Source: Candidatus Latescibacterota bacterium (GTDB lineage Bacteria > Latescibacterota > UBA2968 > GCA-2709665). From it: a stretch of 64,000 bases of DNA. Where the stretch lies: assembly GCA_965203805.1 (NCBI GenBank), contig OZ241917.1:5056001-5120000 (forward strand), in the 5' to 3' direction. Numbering within the stretch: the stretch's first letter is position 1; each line of letters opens with the position of its first letter. This document shows, in pieces, positions 1-9,427 of the stretch. A program made the translations under genes and the position numbers. The notes under the pieces were generated by a model. That model ran no database searches. It was not told the origin of the DNA and was given only the letters and a program-made list of their open reading frames with translations.

Positions 1-3000
1 GCGCCGTCGCCGTTGAAGTCGGCCGCGCCGTCCGGAGGGGGCGGCGGCGGTGGTCGTGGCGGAGGCGGCGGGACGGGCGGGGGCTCGCGCCGGTAGTCAG
101 GAGGGAAGTTTACGGTGAGTTGCAGGATGCTATTGTTGTTCGTGTCGGCAATGTAGACCCCGCCGTCGGGAGCGGTGGCAACGGCCGACGGTGAACTCAG
201 CGATGTTTCGGTTCCGGCGCCTTCGTCCTGATTGAACCCCGGGAACCCCGTGCCCGCCACGGTCTGTATGATGCCCAGGTTCAGGTCGAGCACCCGGATG
301 CGGTGATTGCCGGTGTCCGCGATATAGAGGTATCCGTTGTTGTCCACGGCCACGTCTACGGGGCCGTTGAGGATTGCCGTGGGCCCCGGCCCCCCGTCGC
401 CCGAAAACCCGGCCTCTCCGGTTCCGGCCACCGTGGAGATGACGCCCTCGGCGTCCACCATCCGGATCCGATGGTTCCCGGTATCTGCGATGTACAGGCG
501 GCCCCGGCTGTCTACCGCAACGCCCTCGGGTCCGTTCAGCGCGGCCATTGCGGCCTGGCCTCCGTCACCGGTGTAACCCTCCTCAAAGCTGCCGGCGACG
601 GTGGTGATGATGCCGCCGGCGTCCACCTTTCGGACCCTGTGATTGAAGCGCTCCGCGATCCAGACGTTACCCGACGGGTCTGACGCAACGCCCACGGGGC
701 CGGACAGATTCGCATCCACCGCCGGGCGTCCGTCGCCGCCGTAACCGGGGATGTCCCTGCCGGCGAAGGCGACGATATTCTCGCTCGAAAGGTCGATCCG
801 GCGCACGATATGACCGCTCACTTCTCCAACGATCAGATCGCGTCCGGGCGTGAACGCGAGGCCCCGGGGATTACCGAGACTGGCCTCGATGGCCGGCCCG
901 CCGGTGCCGATGGAAATCCCGATTCCGTCTCCGGCAATCGTGTTAATCGTTCCGTCCGCGCTGACCCTCCGGATCCGGTTATTTCCCGAGTCGGCAATGT
1001 AAAGGGCGCCCGCTGCCGTGGCCGCGACGCCTCGCGGGCTGTTCAGAAACGCCTGGACGGCGGGACCGCCGTCACCCCCGAAACTGCTCTGGCTTCCGCC
1101 TGTACCGGCAAGCGTACGTATTCGCGTATGGTCCGCTCCAATGGGCGGCAACAGTGTGATTCGGATCTCTCCCGGCGGGAGGCCCCCAAACCGCGCGGAT
1201 GCGAAGACATCGCCCGGCGTCGCCCCGGCCTGAAAGAAGACGGATGCGAGTCCGTCGCGCACCATCGTCGTATCGCCGCCAACGAAGGCGCCGTCGCCTG
1301 AAGAGACATGAAAGATCAGGCGGCGGTTGTTGACGAGCGTGACTTCGTCCATGGCGTCCAGGATGCGTGCGCGGATTCGGGTCTGCGCCTCGCCGTTGGC
1401 CGCCAGCACCGGCACAGCAGCATCGAGCGTGACGCGCACGGGCGGCGGCGGCACCGTTTCGGTCACCTCCAGGACGGTGTTTACAGGGACGTTCCTGATC
1501 CGCTGCGCGATACCCGAGGGCCATCGTACGGTCAGTGTATCAACCCGGACGGCGTCACCCAATCCGAAAGCGGCGGTCAGGGCGTCCTGTGACAGGTACG
1601 ACGCGCCGCCCGTAATTTCGCGAATTGTGGATGTGCCATCGAAGGCGATTTCCACCCGTGTACCGATGGCGTCCGGACTGCTCCGCGTGGCGCGCGGACG
1701 AACGGCCAGCCAGTTCCCGTTGAATTCCTGATTCCGGAAGAGACGGTCGTCGCCGTCCTGCACGGACACGAAGATGTCCAGTCCGCCGTCGCCGTCGAAG
1801 TCCGCCAGGGCCACGCCGCGGCTGTTGGCGCCGACGTCAACGCGGAAGGATTCGGCCACGTCGCTGAATGTCCCGCTGTCGTTTTGGTACAGGTTGTTTT
1901 TGCCGCCCGCGTTGGAGACGTAGAGATCCAGATCGCCGTCGTTATCGAAATCACCCCAGACCGCGCCCCTGCTGTCCACGGTGTCCGGACCCGCCACGTT
2001 GAGGCTGCTGCTGGATTCCTGGAACCGGCCGTCGGTATTGACGTAAAGGCGGTTCCCTTCACCGAAGTAAGTGACGTAAAGATCCAAGTCCTTGTCGTTG
2101 TCGAAATCCCCCCAACTCGCGCCGAAGGTCGGACCGCCCAGTCCAAGTTCCTCCAACCCCGCCTCCGACGCGGCGTCCACGAAGCTCCCCGCGTCGTTCC
2201 GAAAGAGCCGATTCGGCCCGCTGTTGGCGAGAAAGAGGTCCGCGTCGCCATCGCCGTCGTAATCCGCCCACGCGGGCTGCAGGCTGCTGTTGGCGTCGTA
2301 CAGGCCGGCTTCTTCTGCGGATTCGACGAAGCGGCCTCCCTCATTGAGATAGAAGCGGTTTTCGCCGAAGTTGGCTACGTAGAGGTCGGGGTCGCCGTCT
2401 CCCTCCACGTCGGCCCACGCCGCGCCGTACCCGTCTCCTCCGTCATCTACGCCTGCCTGTGCCGCGATTTCGGTGAAGCGGCCTCCGTCGTTCCGATAGA
2501 GCCGGTTCGGTTGACCGAAATTGGTCACGTAGAGGTCCAGGTCGCCGTCGCGGTCGATGTCCGCCCAGGCCGCCGCGCTGCCGTCGCCTTCATCCGCCAC
2601 GCCAACCCTCCCGGCAAGCTCCGTAAACCCGTCGCCGTCGTTCCGGTAGAGCAGATTGGATTGCAGGCTCCGCACCACGTAGAGGTCCGGGTCGCCATCG
2701 CCGTCGTAATCCGCCCATGCGGCGCCGAAGCTGGCGCCCGGGTCCGCCGCACCGCGGTCGCCCGCAACGTTGAGAAATCCGCCGGGCCTGGATTCCCTGC
2801 CGAAGCCCTCAAGGGGGATTTCCAGTTCCGGTTCGTTCGGATCGTTACTGAAAAGAGTGAGTACCGCCCGCTGTAATCCGGTCCGGGCGGGACGGAATAC
2901 GACGTCCAGACTCTGTCTCTGGCTCGACGTGATGCGCAGGGTGTCGTCCAGGCTGACGGAAAACTGCATGGCGTCCGTCAGTTCGGCACGGAAAACGGTC

Positions 3001-4556
3001 AGGACGCCCGCGCCCAGGTTCGCGACCCGCAGGATGGATGGCTGCTCGCGACCGACGAACGTTCGTTCGAAGACGATGGTTTCCGGAAAGACACCGATAT
3101 CCGGCGCCGCGCCCGTACCCGAGAGAGGGACGGTGAGCGTGGGACGCCATGGGTCGTCGGTATTGACGGTCAGCGTTCCCCGCACGGGCCCTTCGTCCAT
3201 CGGGCTGAACCCCAGACGGATTTCGGCCTCACCCGCCGGATCGATCTCGATTGGAAATGCGTCCAGAAGGACGAACTCTTCCCGATCGGTGTTCGCGCCG
3301 GCCAGCGTGAGGGTGCGTCTGCCAGCGTTCCCGATGGGAAACGCGCGCGACGCCTGATCTTCCACGACGACCGCGCCGAAATCGACACGGGTGGCGGTCA
3401 GACGGAGAACGGGCGACTGAAAGGCGGGGTCGAAGAGTTTGCGGATGCGGCCGTTGCCCGTGTCCACGATGAGCAGGTTTCCGTCCGGGTCGAGGACCAC
3501 GCGGGAGGGTTCCCGGAGCTCGGCGAGCGGGGCGGGTCCACCGTCGCCGGCGTCCCCGAAATTGCCGGTGCCCGCCAGGGTGAAGATAATCCCGGTGCCG
3601 GGATCCACGGCGCGGACGCGGTTGTTGCCGGTATCCGAAATATAGAGGGTCCCGTCGGCGCCGACGGCCACCCCGCCAGGCAAATCGAGACGGGCGTCGG
3701 GGGCAGGCCCTCCGTCGCCAGAGAAGGCGCCTCCGCCACCGAAAACGGGCCCGCGGCCGGCCACGGTTGTGACGATGCCCGTTTCCGCGTCCACGCGGCG
3801 AATTCGATAATTGTTGAAATCGGCGATGAAGATGTTTCCGGATGCGTCCACTGCAATGTCTTCTACGGTCAGGCCGGCCTCGACCGCCAGCCCGTCATCG
3901 CCGCCGAATGAAAAATCGCCGTCTCCTGCAAGGGTGGTGATCGCGCCGCTGTCCAGATCGATTCTGCGGACCCGGTTGTTCCCGCGAGCCTGTCCGTCCA
4001 ATCCGTCCGCGATATAGAGTCCGCCGCGGGGGCCCGCAGCCAGCGCGACGATTTCCCCGAATACGGCGGCGGCGGCCGGCCCTCCGTCGCCGTCGAAACC
4101 GAATGTTCCGTTGCCTGCGACGGTCGTGATGATCCCCGTGACGGCGTCGATGCGTCGTATGCGCCGGTTGCCCGTGTCGCCGATGTAAATGTTGCCGGCT
4201 TCGTCAACCGCAACACCCTGGGGCCTGTCCAGTCGCGCTTCGGTGGCGGGTCCGCCGTCGCCTGCAAATCCGGCTACCCCGGTGCCTGCGACGGTCGTGA
4301 TGCGTCCCGTGACCGCATCCACCCTGCGGACTCGGTGGGTGCCCGTGTCCGCGATGTAGACGTGACCATCGGCGGCGGCGGCGCCCAGGGGGATGCTCAG
4401 GGCAAGGTCGGTCGCGGGAATATTCTCGCCTTCCCGGTCACCTCCGCCCGCAATGGTGATCAGAGTGCCCCGGTCCTGAGCGAACGACGCGCCGGCCAGC
4501 GCGAGCAGGGCGCCGACGAGAAACAGGGTTGCGTGTGTTTTCCGAATGAAGCGCAT
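1..4556 (-). CDS. Large secreted mosaic surface protein, partial (runs off left edge, >1518 aa): signal peptide, 6 NHL repeats, 2 Ig-like (choice-of-anchor D-like) domains, 7 FG-GAP repeats + ASPIC/UnbV, Big-1-like Ig domain, 6 NHL repeats, Pro-rich linker, dockerin/EF-hand-like start
   Basis: Manual translation from ATG 4556: MRFIRKTHATLFLVGALLALAGASFAQ. Repeats YIADTGNHRIR..TVAGTG..GFSGDGGPA; AWADYDGDGDPDLY-type repeats; NWLAV..DAIGTRVEI..FGLG..VRWPSG; ends PPPVPPPPPRPPPPPPPPDGAADFNGDG at the edge in the same frame. Absent from the ORF track, consistent with no stop inside the window. Confidence 0.9.
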   Translation of the reverse strand, partial: MRFIRKTHATLFLVGALLALAGASFAQDRGTLITIAGGGDREGENIPATDLALSIPLGAAAADGHVYIADTGTHRVRRVDAVTGRITTVAGTGVAGFAGDGGPATEARLDRPQGVAVDEAGNIYIGDTGNRRIRRIDAVTGIITTVAGNGTFGFDGDGGPAAAAVFGEIVALAAGPRGGLYIADGLDGQARGNNRVRRIDLDSGAITTLAGDGDFSFGGDDGLAVEAGLTVEDIAVDASGNIFIADFNNYRIRRVDAETGIVTTVAGRGPVFGGGGAFSGDGGPAPDARLDLPGGVAVGADGTLYISDTGNNRVRAVDPGTGIIFTLAGTGNFGDAGDGGPAPLAELREPSRVVLDPDGNLLIVDTGNGRIRKLFDPAFQSPVLRLTATRVDFGAVVVEDQASRAFPIGNAGRRTLTLAGANTDREEFVLLDAFPIEIDPAGEAEIRLGFSPMDEGPVRGTLTVNTDDPWRPTLTVPLSGTGAAPDIGVFPETIVFERTFVGREQPSILRVANLGAGVLTVFRAELTDAMQFSVSLDDTLRITSSQRQSLDVVFRPARTGLQRAVLTLFSNDPNEPELEIPLEGFGRESRPGGFLNVAGDRGAADPGASFGAAWADYDGDGDPDLYVVRSLQSNLLYRNDGDGFTELAGRVGVADEGDGSAAAWADIDRDGDLDLYVTNFGQPNRLYRNDGGRFTEIAAQAGVDDGGDGYGAAWADVEGDGDPDLYVANFGENRFYLNEGGRFVESAEEAGLYDANSSLQPAWADYDGDGDADLFLANSGPNRLFRNDAGSFVDAASEAGLEELGLGGPTFGASWGDFDNDKDLDLYVTYFGEGNRLYVNTDGRFQESSSSLNVAGPDTVDSRGAVWGDFDNDGDLDLYVSNAGGKNNLYQNDSGTFSDVAESFRVDVGANSRGVALADFDGDGGLDIFVSVQDGDDRLFRNQEFNGNWLAVRPRATRSSPDAIGTRVEIAFDGTSTIREITGGASYLSQDALTAAFGLGDAVRVDTLTVRWPSGIAQRIRNVPVNTVLEVTETVPPPPVRVTLDAAVPVLAANGEAQTRIRARILDAMDEVTLVNNRRLIFHVSSGDGAFVGGDTTMVRDGLASVFFQAGATPGDVFASARFGGLPPGEIRITLLPPIGADHTRIRTLAGTGGSQSSFGGDGGPAVQAFLNSPRGVAATAAGALYIADSGNNRIRRVSADGTINTIAGDGIGISIGTGGPAIEASLGNPRGLAFTPGRDLIVGEVSGHIVRRIDLSSENIVAFAGRDIPGYGGDGRPAVDANLSGPVGVASDPSGNVWIAERFNHRVRKVDAGGIITTVAGSFEEGYTGDGGQAAMAALNGPEGVAVDSRGRLYIADTGNHRIRMVDAEGVISTVAGTGEAGFSGDGGPGPTAILNGPVDVAVDNNGYLYIADTGNHRIRVLDLNLGIIQTVAGTGFPGFNQDEGAGTETSLSSPSAVATAPDGGVYIADTNNNSILQLTVNFPPDYRREPPPVPPPPPRPPPPPPPDGAADFNGDG

Positions 4557-4607
4557 AGATTGGATTCGGGCGACTGCGTGTTGCTTTTCGCCCTGCAGGC
4601 GACGGGT

Positions 4608-5609
4608 TCAACGCCCCTCGAAAAGGTCCCGACCCCTGACCAGGGCTTCGATCTTCCGGTCGGCAACGCTGCGTTGGAGCATCCAGAAACCGCAGTCGGG
4701 GTGGACGCATGCGATTCGATGGACCCCGAGGTGGCGGGCCGCGGCTTCGATGTCGGATGCGATTTCGTCCGCGGTCTCCACGACGTTGTCCTTTACGTCG
4801 ATCACACCGATACCTATTCGTACGGAATCGGGCAGGTCCTTCAGGCACGCGGCGTGTTCGATGCCCCAGCGTTTGAATTCGAGGACCAGGTGGTCCGCCC
4901 GCAGTGCCGCGAGAAACGGGACCAGATCCTGCCACGTGCCGTGCTGAACGGTCTGGCCGCCGTAATTCCCGAAACAGACGTGTACGGCCTTTTCGCCTCG
5001 AACGGCATCGAGTACGGTGTTAATCGCCGGGGCGGCCCAGGAGGCCTCTTCAGGGTGTCCGGGGATATTGGCTTCGTCGATCTGTATCACGTCCGCGTCA
5101 ATGTCGGCAACCTGCCTGGCGAGGAGTTCGCCCAGCGCCCCGGCCACGGCCGCCGGGTTGCCGTAGTGGCGATCCATAAGGACTTTGCTGAGCATGTGCG
5201 GTCCGGTGAGGGTGAACTTGAGCTTCGACCGGGTCAGGGGCCGGACCATCCGGAAGTCACCCGGCAGATTGAGCGTACCTTCAGTCAGTTCGGTTTCGAC
5301 CGTGCCCGCGGGGTCCCCGCGATAGGCAAGTCCGGCATTCTCGCGAAACGCATTCAGTTCTTCTCGCCCGAATTGCGTCGTGATACCACCCAGTCTTCGT
5401 GCGAAATAGTCGATCATCCCATTGGTTTCCGGATGGTTGACGTCGAACCGGTACAATTCGCCGTCGGCGACCACGTCGATCCCTGCATCCTCCTGGGTCT
5501 TGAGTACGACACGTACGGCATCGATCAGTGTCTGTCGGGAGGGAGAGGCTCGCAGCCAGTCCGGTACGGGATAGCTTCCGACAAGGGTGGTGAGAATGTG
5601 GTGGGACAT
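4608..5609 (-). CDS. Cobalamin-independent methionine synthase-like protein, single catalytic barrel (MetE2/core-type)
   Basis: TTLVGSYPVPDWL N-terminus, DGE motif, Zn ligands HVC(FGN), LE and PDCGF; ~333 aa. Likely start ATG 5609 rather than 5639. Confidence 0.85.
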   Translation of the reverse strand: MSHHILTTLVGSYPVPDWLRASPSRQTLIDAVRVVLKTQEDAGIDVVADGELYRFDVNHPETNGMIDYFARRLGGITTQFGREELNAFRENAGLAYRGDPAGTVETELTEGTLNLPGDFRMVRPLTRSKLKFTLTGPHMLSKVLMDRHYGNPAAVAGALGELLARQVADIDADVIQIDEANIPGHPEEASWAAPAINTVLDAVRGEKAVHVCFGNYGGQTVQHGTWQDLVPFLAALRADHLVLEFKRWGIEHAACLKDLPDSVRIGIGVIDVKDNVVETADEIASDIEAAARHLGVHRIACVHPDCGFWMLQRSVADRKIEALVRGRDLFEGR

Positions 5610-5652
5610 GGGTAAGGGTACCGCGGGGAATCCCGGCATGCTTCAACAGGGT

Positions 5653-6852
5653 TTAACGGCGCGGGGTTTTCGGGGATCTCAATTCCTGACGGATCGCCTC
5701 CAGCCTGCTGCGGTTTGCCGGATCGGGACTTTGCAGGGCTTCCAGCAGGAACGCGGCGAGGATACTCAGGAGCAGACTCAGACCGGCAGCCGTAACGACC
5801 ATCAGCACGCGCCGGGGACGGCTCCGGAAATCAGGCGGCACGGCCGGGTCCAGTACCACGACCAGCGACGTTTCCTTTTTCTCTTCGAAACTGCTCTTTT
5901 CGTATTCCTGCAATATGAACTGATAGATGAGGTTTCGGATTTCCATGTCGCGCAATAATCTCAGGGCCTGAAGCCCCAGATCGGGGATCCGGTCCATTGG
6001 AAGCATAATGCCCGGCAGGCTGTGGTCCGCCTTCCCGCTGCTGTCCGGGTCCGATCCCGCGAGGATGCCTTCAAGCGCCTCTTTCGCACCCTCGATTTCG
6101 ATGTCGAGTTGCCGGACTCTGCTGTTGTCCGGGTTCATCTGAAGCGCGGCGATCTCGCGTCGGATCTTCATTTCGCCCAGCGTCGTGGCGATCAGAGAGG
6201 AGTACGCGTCGATCTGCGCCTTGGTCTGGCTCTCGATGTCGATGGCCGAATGTTCCTTCTGGAACGCATTGTAAGCCCGTTCGGCTTCGATCATGCCGCT
6301 TTCGGCCTTGGCGAGCCGTTTTTCAAGGTAGTTGCGGAGTTCGCGCGCCTGTTTTTCACGGCGGTGTCTCAGCGCAAGATCGAGTTCTTCGACAAAGGCA
6401 TTCGCAATTTCGGCGGCCTGTTGCGGGGTTTCCGCTTCATAGGAAACCGTCAGGAACTGTTCACGCGAGAGTTCCACTTCAAGCCGGTCGTCGACCATCT
6501 GCAGAAGTTCCTCACGGGTTGCGGCCTCGTAAGCTTCGTGAAGGTTGAAACGGCGGATGATGGCTTCGGCCACGCGCTGGCTCTTGAGGATGGGCACGAA
6601 TTCGGTGGCCGAAACAACGCTCTCGCCCAGGCCCAGCATGCCCACCGGCAGTCTTTCCAGAATGGCGGAAATGCCGAGCGATCCCTGGCTTTCGCTGGGC
6701 GGAAAGAGGACGGCGCTGGCACGGTAGACCGGGGTGAGAATCAGACTGATGCCCGCCGTCAGCAGGGATACGGTGGCGCAGGTGGCGATTATCGTGCGCC
6801 GCCAGCGGACAAGTACGGCCAGACGGTCGAGGAAATTCTTCTCGGGTTCCAT
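5653..6852 (-). CDS. Wzz/GumC-type polysaccharide co-polymerase (chain length determinant), no kinase domain
   Basis: N- and C-terminal TM helices, central coiled coil, VVLDPAVPP..SRPRR motif before the second TM; directly downstream of the export protein. Confidence 0.85.
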   Translation of the reverse strand: MEPEKNFLDRLAVLVRWRRTIIATCATVSLLTAGISLILTPVYRASAVLFPPSESQGSLGISAILERLPVGMLGLGESVVSATEFVPILKSQRVAEAIIRRFNLHEAYEAATREELLQMVDDRLEVELSREQFLTVSYEAETPQQAAEIANAFVEELDLALRHRREKQARELRNYLEKRLAKAESGMIEAERAYNAFQKEHSAIDIESQTKAQIDAYSSLIATTLGEMKIRREIAALQMNPDNSRVRQLDIEIEGAKEALEGILAGSDPDSSGKADHSLPGIMLPMDRIPDLGLQALRLLRDMEIRNLIYQFILQEYEKSSFEEKKETSLVVVLDPAVPPDFRSRPRRVLMVVTAAGLSLLLSILAAFLLEALQSPDPANRSRLEAIRQELRSPKTPRR

Positions 6853-8531
6853 TAGCGACTGATGCTCCGTACCGCTATGACGAGTGCGGCTACCTGAGAA
6901 AGCACGACCAGCGTCTCCCGGAAGAGCCGCCAGCCGTGCACGGGTTTCTTACCCATAACGAAAATGGTGTCTCCGGGGTTGACCTGCTGAATTCTGGAGG
7001 CTTTCGTCCAGTTGCCGGTGCTGCCCTGGATGACGTATATCTCGCCTCTCTCCGCCTGTTCGTTCAGTCCGCCCGCCCTGTCGATGTAGTCCTGGACGCC
7101 GAGGTCCGGTTTGAAGGGAATCGCGCCGGGGGTGATGACGTATCCGTTGACCGCAACCGACGGTACGAGTCTGGGAATCCTGACGACATCCCCGTCCCGG
7201 AGCAAAATATCCTGCGTATCGTCCTTCTTCTCAAACAGAGCGACAAAGTCGACCGGCAGGCGTCCCGACATCTGTTGTTTCTGCATGGCCATATAGGTTC
7301 GCTGGGCGTCCGTCAGGCTGATGGGGCCGACGCTCTGAAGCTGCTTCGGACCGCCGATTCCTTTCGGATAGTCGACGCGGCGGACCACGATGGATTGGGC
7401 GAGAGAGGCCTGGGACGTAAATCCGCCGGCCTTCCGGATCAATGCTTTCAGCGTCATCCCCGATCGGATGAAATAGGATCCGGGGAAGTAGACTTCGCCT
7501 TCCACGCTCACACGCCGCTCCTTAATGGCCACGTGGAGTTTGTCCCGTGCGCGCAGAGGGAGGTTTGCGTCCGCGTCGCCGGCCAGTGCCCGCGAGAGCC
7601 GGACGGCGAGTTGCTCTTCGCGTTCTTCCTCGATAAAGGAACGGAGCAGTTCGGCGCTGGCGGTGGCTGCATCGCCGTTTAATCCCCCGGCAAGCGCAAT
7701 CAGGTCGGAAACGCGGTCCCCGTGGATGAATTCGTAACTGCCGGGTTTGTAGACAGCGCCCGAAATGCGCACGGAGTCCGTCAGCGCGGGCACAAAGATC
7801 TGGTCTCCATCCAGAAGGAAGGGATTGTGGGCGATATCGCCCGACAGGCGCCACAAGGCAAGGTCCGCACGTCGCTCCGTATCCATCGGCTTGCCGCGTT
7901 CGGAGAGCCGTTGAATCTGGATGTTTCGGTGCGAAGCCCTCCCGTCGGGGGGTTTGATCAACCCGCCCGCCTGGCTGATGAGCTCCGAAACCTGTTCGGT
8001 TCCTTCCACCATGTAGGTGCCGGGATGGACCACCTGCCCGACCACGTTGACGGGAAAACTGCGCAGCCGGGTGAGAGAAATCTGGACGTCGAGCCGGTTC
8101 AGTCGGTCGCTGACCGCGTCCTGGATCTTTCGCCGGCTCTCGCCGAGGTTGAGCCCTGCCAGCTGAATGGCGCCGACGTAAGGAATCACCAGTTTGCCTT
8201 CAGCCCCGACAAGAACCGGATACGTGACTGGTTCTTCGCCGGCTTCGATATGGATGCTGAAGGTATCGCCTGGACCGACGATGTAGCGCTCCGAACGAAT
8301 GATCGCGTCGTAAGCGATCTTTCCGATCCATTTCACGTCCAGACCCTGCATCTCGTCCGACTGAAGCGATGCGCCAATCGATTTGCGGTCGGGCCTCCTC
8401 CGGACGACGTCCCGTCCCGAACGTGATTGTGCGAAGAGGATGACGGGTTCCGAGACCAGCCCGATGACAAGCGCGACCGCAACGAGCCGAAAGGCGAGAG
8501 ATGGATTGCGATAGGAGAAGAAACCGGTCAT
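6852..8531 (-). CDS. Polysaccharide export protein with multiple SLBB domains (Wza/KpsD-like)
   Basis: YIVGPGD Poly_export motif; repeated V.G.V..PG.Y...I..AGG and L.DGD SLBB units; N-terminal signal/TM. Confidence 0.85.
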   Translation of the reverse strand: MTGFFSYRNPSLAFRLVAVALVIGLVSEPVILFAQSRSGRDVVRRRPDRKSIGASLQSDEMQGLDVKWIGKIAYDAIIRSERYIVGPGDTFSIHIEAGEEPVTYPVLVGAEGKLVIPYVGAIQLAGLNLGESRRKIQDAVSDRLNRLDVQISLTRLRSFPVNVVGQVVHPGTYMVEGTEQVSELISQAGGLIKPPDGRASHRNIQIQRLSERGKPMDTERRADLALWRLSGDIAHNPFLLDGDQIFVPALTDSVRISGAVYKPGSYEFIHGDRVSDLIALAGGLNGDAATASAELLRSFIEEEREEQLAVRLSRALAGDADANLPLRARDKLHVAIKERRVSVEGEVYFPGSYFIRSGMTLKALIRKAGGFTSQASLAQSIVVRRVDYPKGIGGPKQLQSVGPISLTDAQRTYMAMQKQQMSGRLPVDFVALFEKKDDTQDILLRDGDVVRIPRLVPSVAVNGYVITPGAIPFKPDLGVQDYIDRAGGLNEQAERGEIYVIQGSTGNWTKASRIQQVNPGDTIFVMGKKPVHGWRLFRETLVVLSQVAALVIAVRSISR

Positions 8532-9427
8532 TCCGTGGTTATCCCGTCTTTATCGACACACAGGACGGCGGTGTCGGCCTGCATATTCTGTCGCGCCCAC
8601 GCGTTTTTCATGGCCGTCGCAATTTCCGGAGCGTCGTCGGTCGCAAAAGCCAGCAACGTCGGACCGGCGCCGCTGAGGCAGGCGCCCATGGCCCCCGCTT
8701 CTTCCGCTGCCTGGAGTACTTCCTCAATTCCCGGTACAAGTGAAGCCCGGTAGGGCTGATGAAGGCGGTCGCGCATCGCGGTTTTCAAAGCGCGAAGTTC
8801 TCCGCTCATCAGCGCTGCCGTCACCAGGCACGCGCGGCCCACGTTGAAAGCCGCGTCCCGGTGCGGCACCTGTTCCGGCAGGGCCGCTCGCGCGGCTTCC
8901 GTTTCCAGTTCGAATCGGGGAACCGCGACCACCGCGCGAAGTTCCCGCGGCGGCAGGGACCGGATCGTTTCGACGCGACCGTTTCCATGGGAACAGATGA
9001 CCAGACCGCCCAGGAGGCACGGCGCGACGTTGTCGGGATGGCCTTCCAGTTCGGTGGCGAGATCGAGAAGGGCGGGTTTGGAAAGGGGTTCTCCCATCAG
9101 CAGATTGGCCGTACAAATGCCGGCTACGATCGCGGTGGAACTGCTGCCCAGTCCGCGGGAGAGTGGAATGCCGTTGTGCATCTCCACTTCCAGCCCCGGC
9201 AGGGACCGGCCGGCGCGTTGTGCGGCCATGTCGACAGACCGGAAGAAGAGGTTGGATTCGTCCACAGGGAGCCTCCCGGCGCCTTCCCCCGTGATGCCCA
9301 TCCGCCGTTGGCTGCCGGAAGCGGTCCTGATCGTGATCCGGTTATAAATGGTGAGCGCAAGGCCCAGGGCGTCGAAGCCGGGCCCCAGGTTGGACGTGGA
9401 ACCGGGCGCTCTCAGGCGGATTTCCAT
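8528..9427 (-). CDS. thrB: Homoserine kinase
   Basis: PGSTSNLGPGFDALG, IPLSRGLGSSS, EGHPDNVAP, SGAGPT GHMP motifs. Confidence 0.95.
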   Translation of the reverse strand: MEIRLRAPGSTSNLGPGFDALGLALTIYNRITIRTASGSQRRMGITGEGAGRLPVDESNLFFRSVDMAAQRAGRSLPGLEVEMHNGIPLSRGLGSSSTAIVAGICTANLLMGEPLSKPALLDLATELEGHPDNVAPCLLGGLVICSHGNGRVETIRSLPPRELRAVVAVPRFELETEAARAALPEQVPHRDAAFNVGRACLVTAALMSGELRALKTAMRDRLHQPYRASLVPGIEEVLQAAEEAGAMGACLSGAGPTLLAFATDDAPEIATAMKNAWARQNMQADTAVLCVDKDGITTE

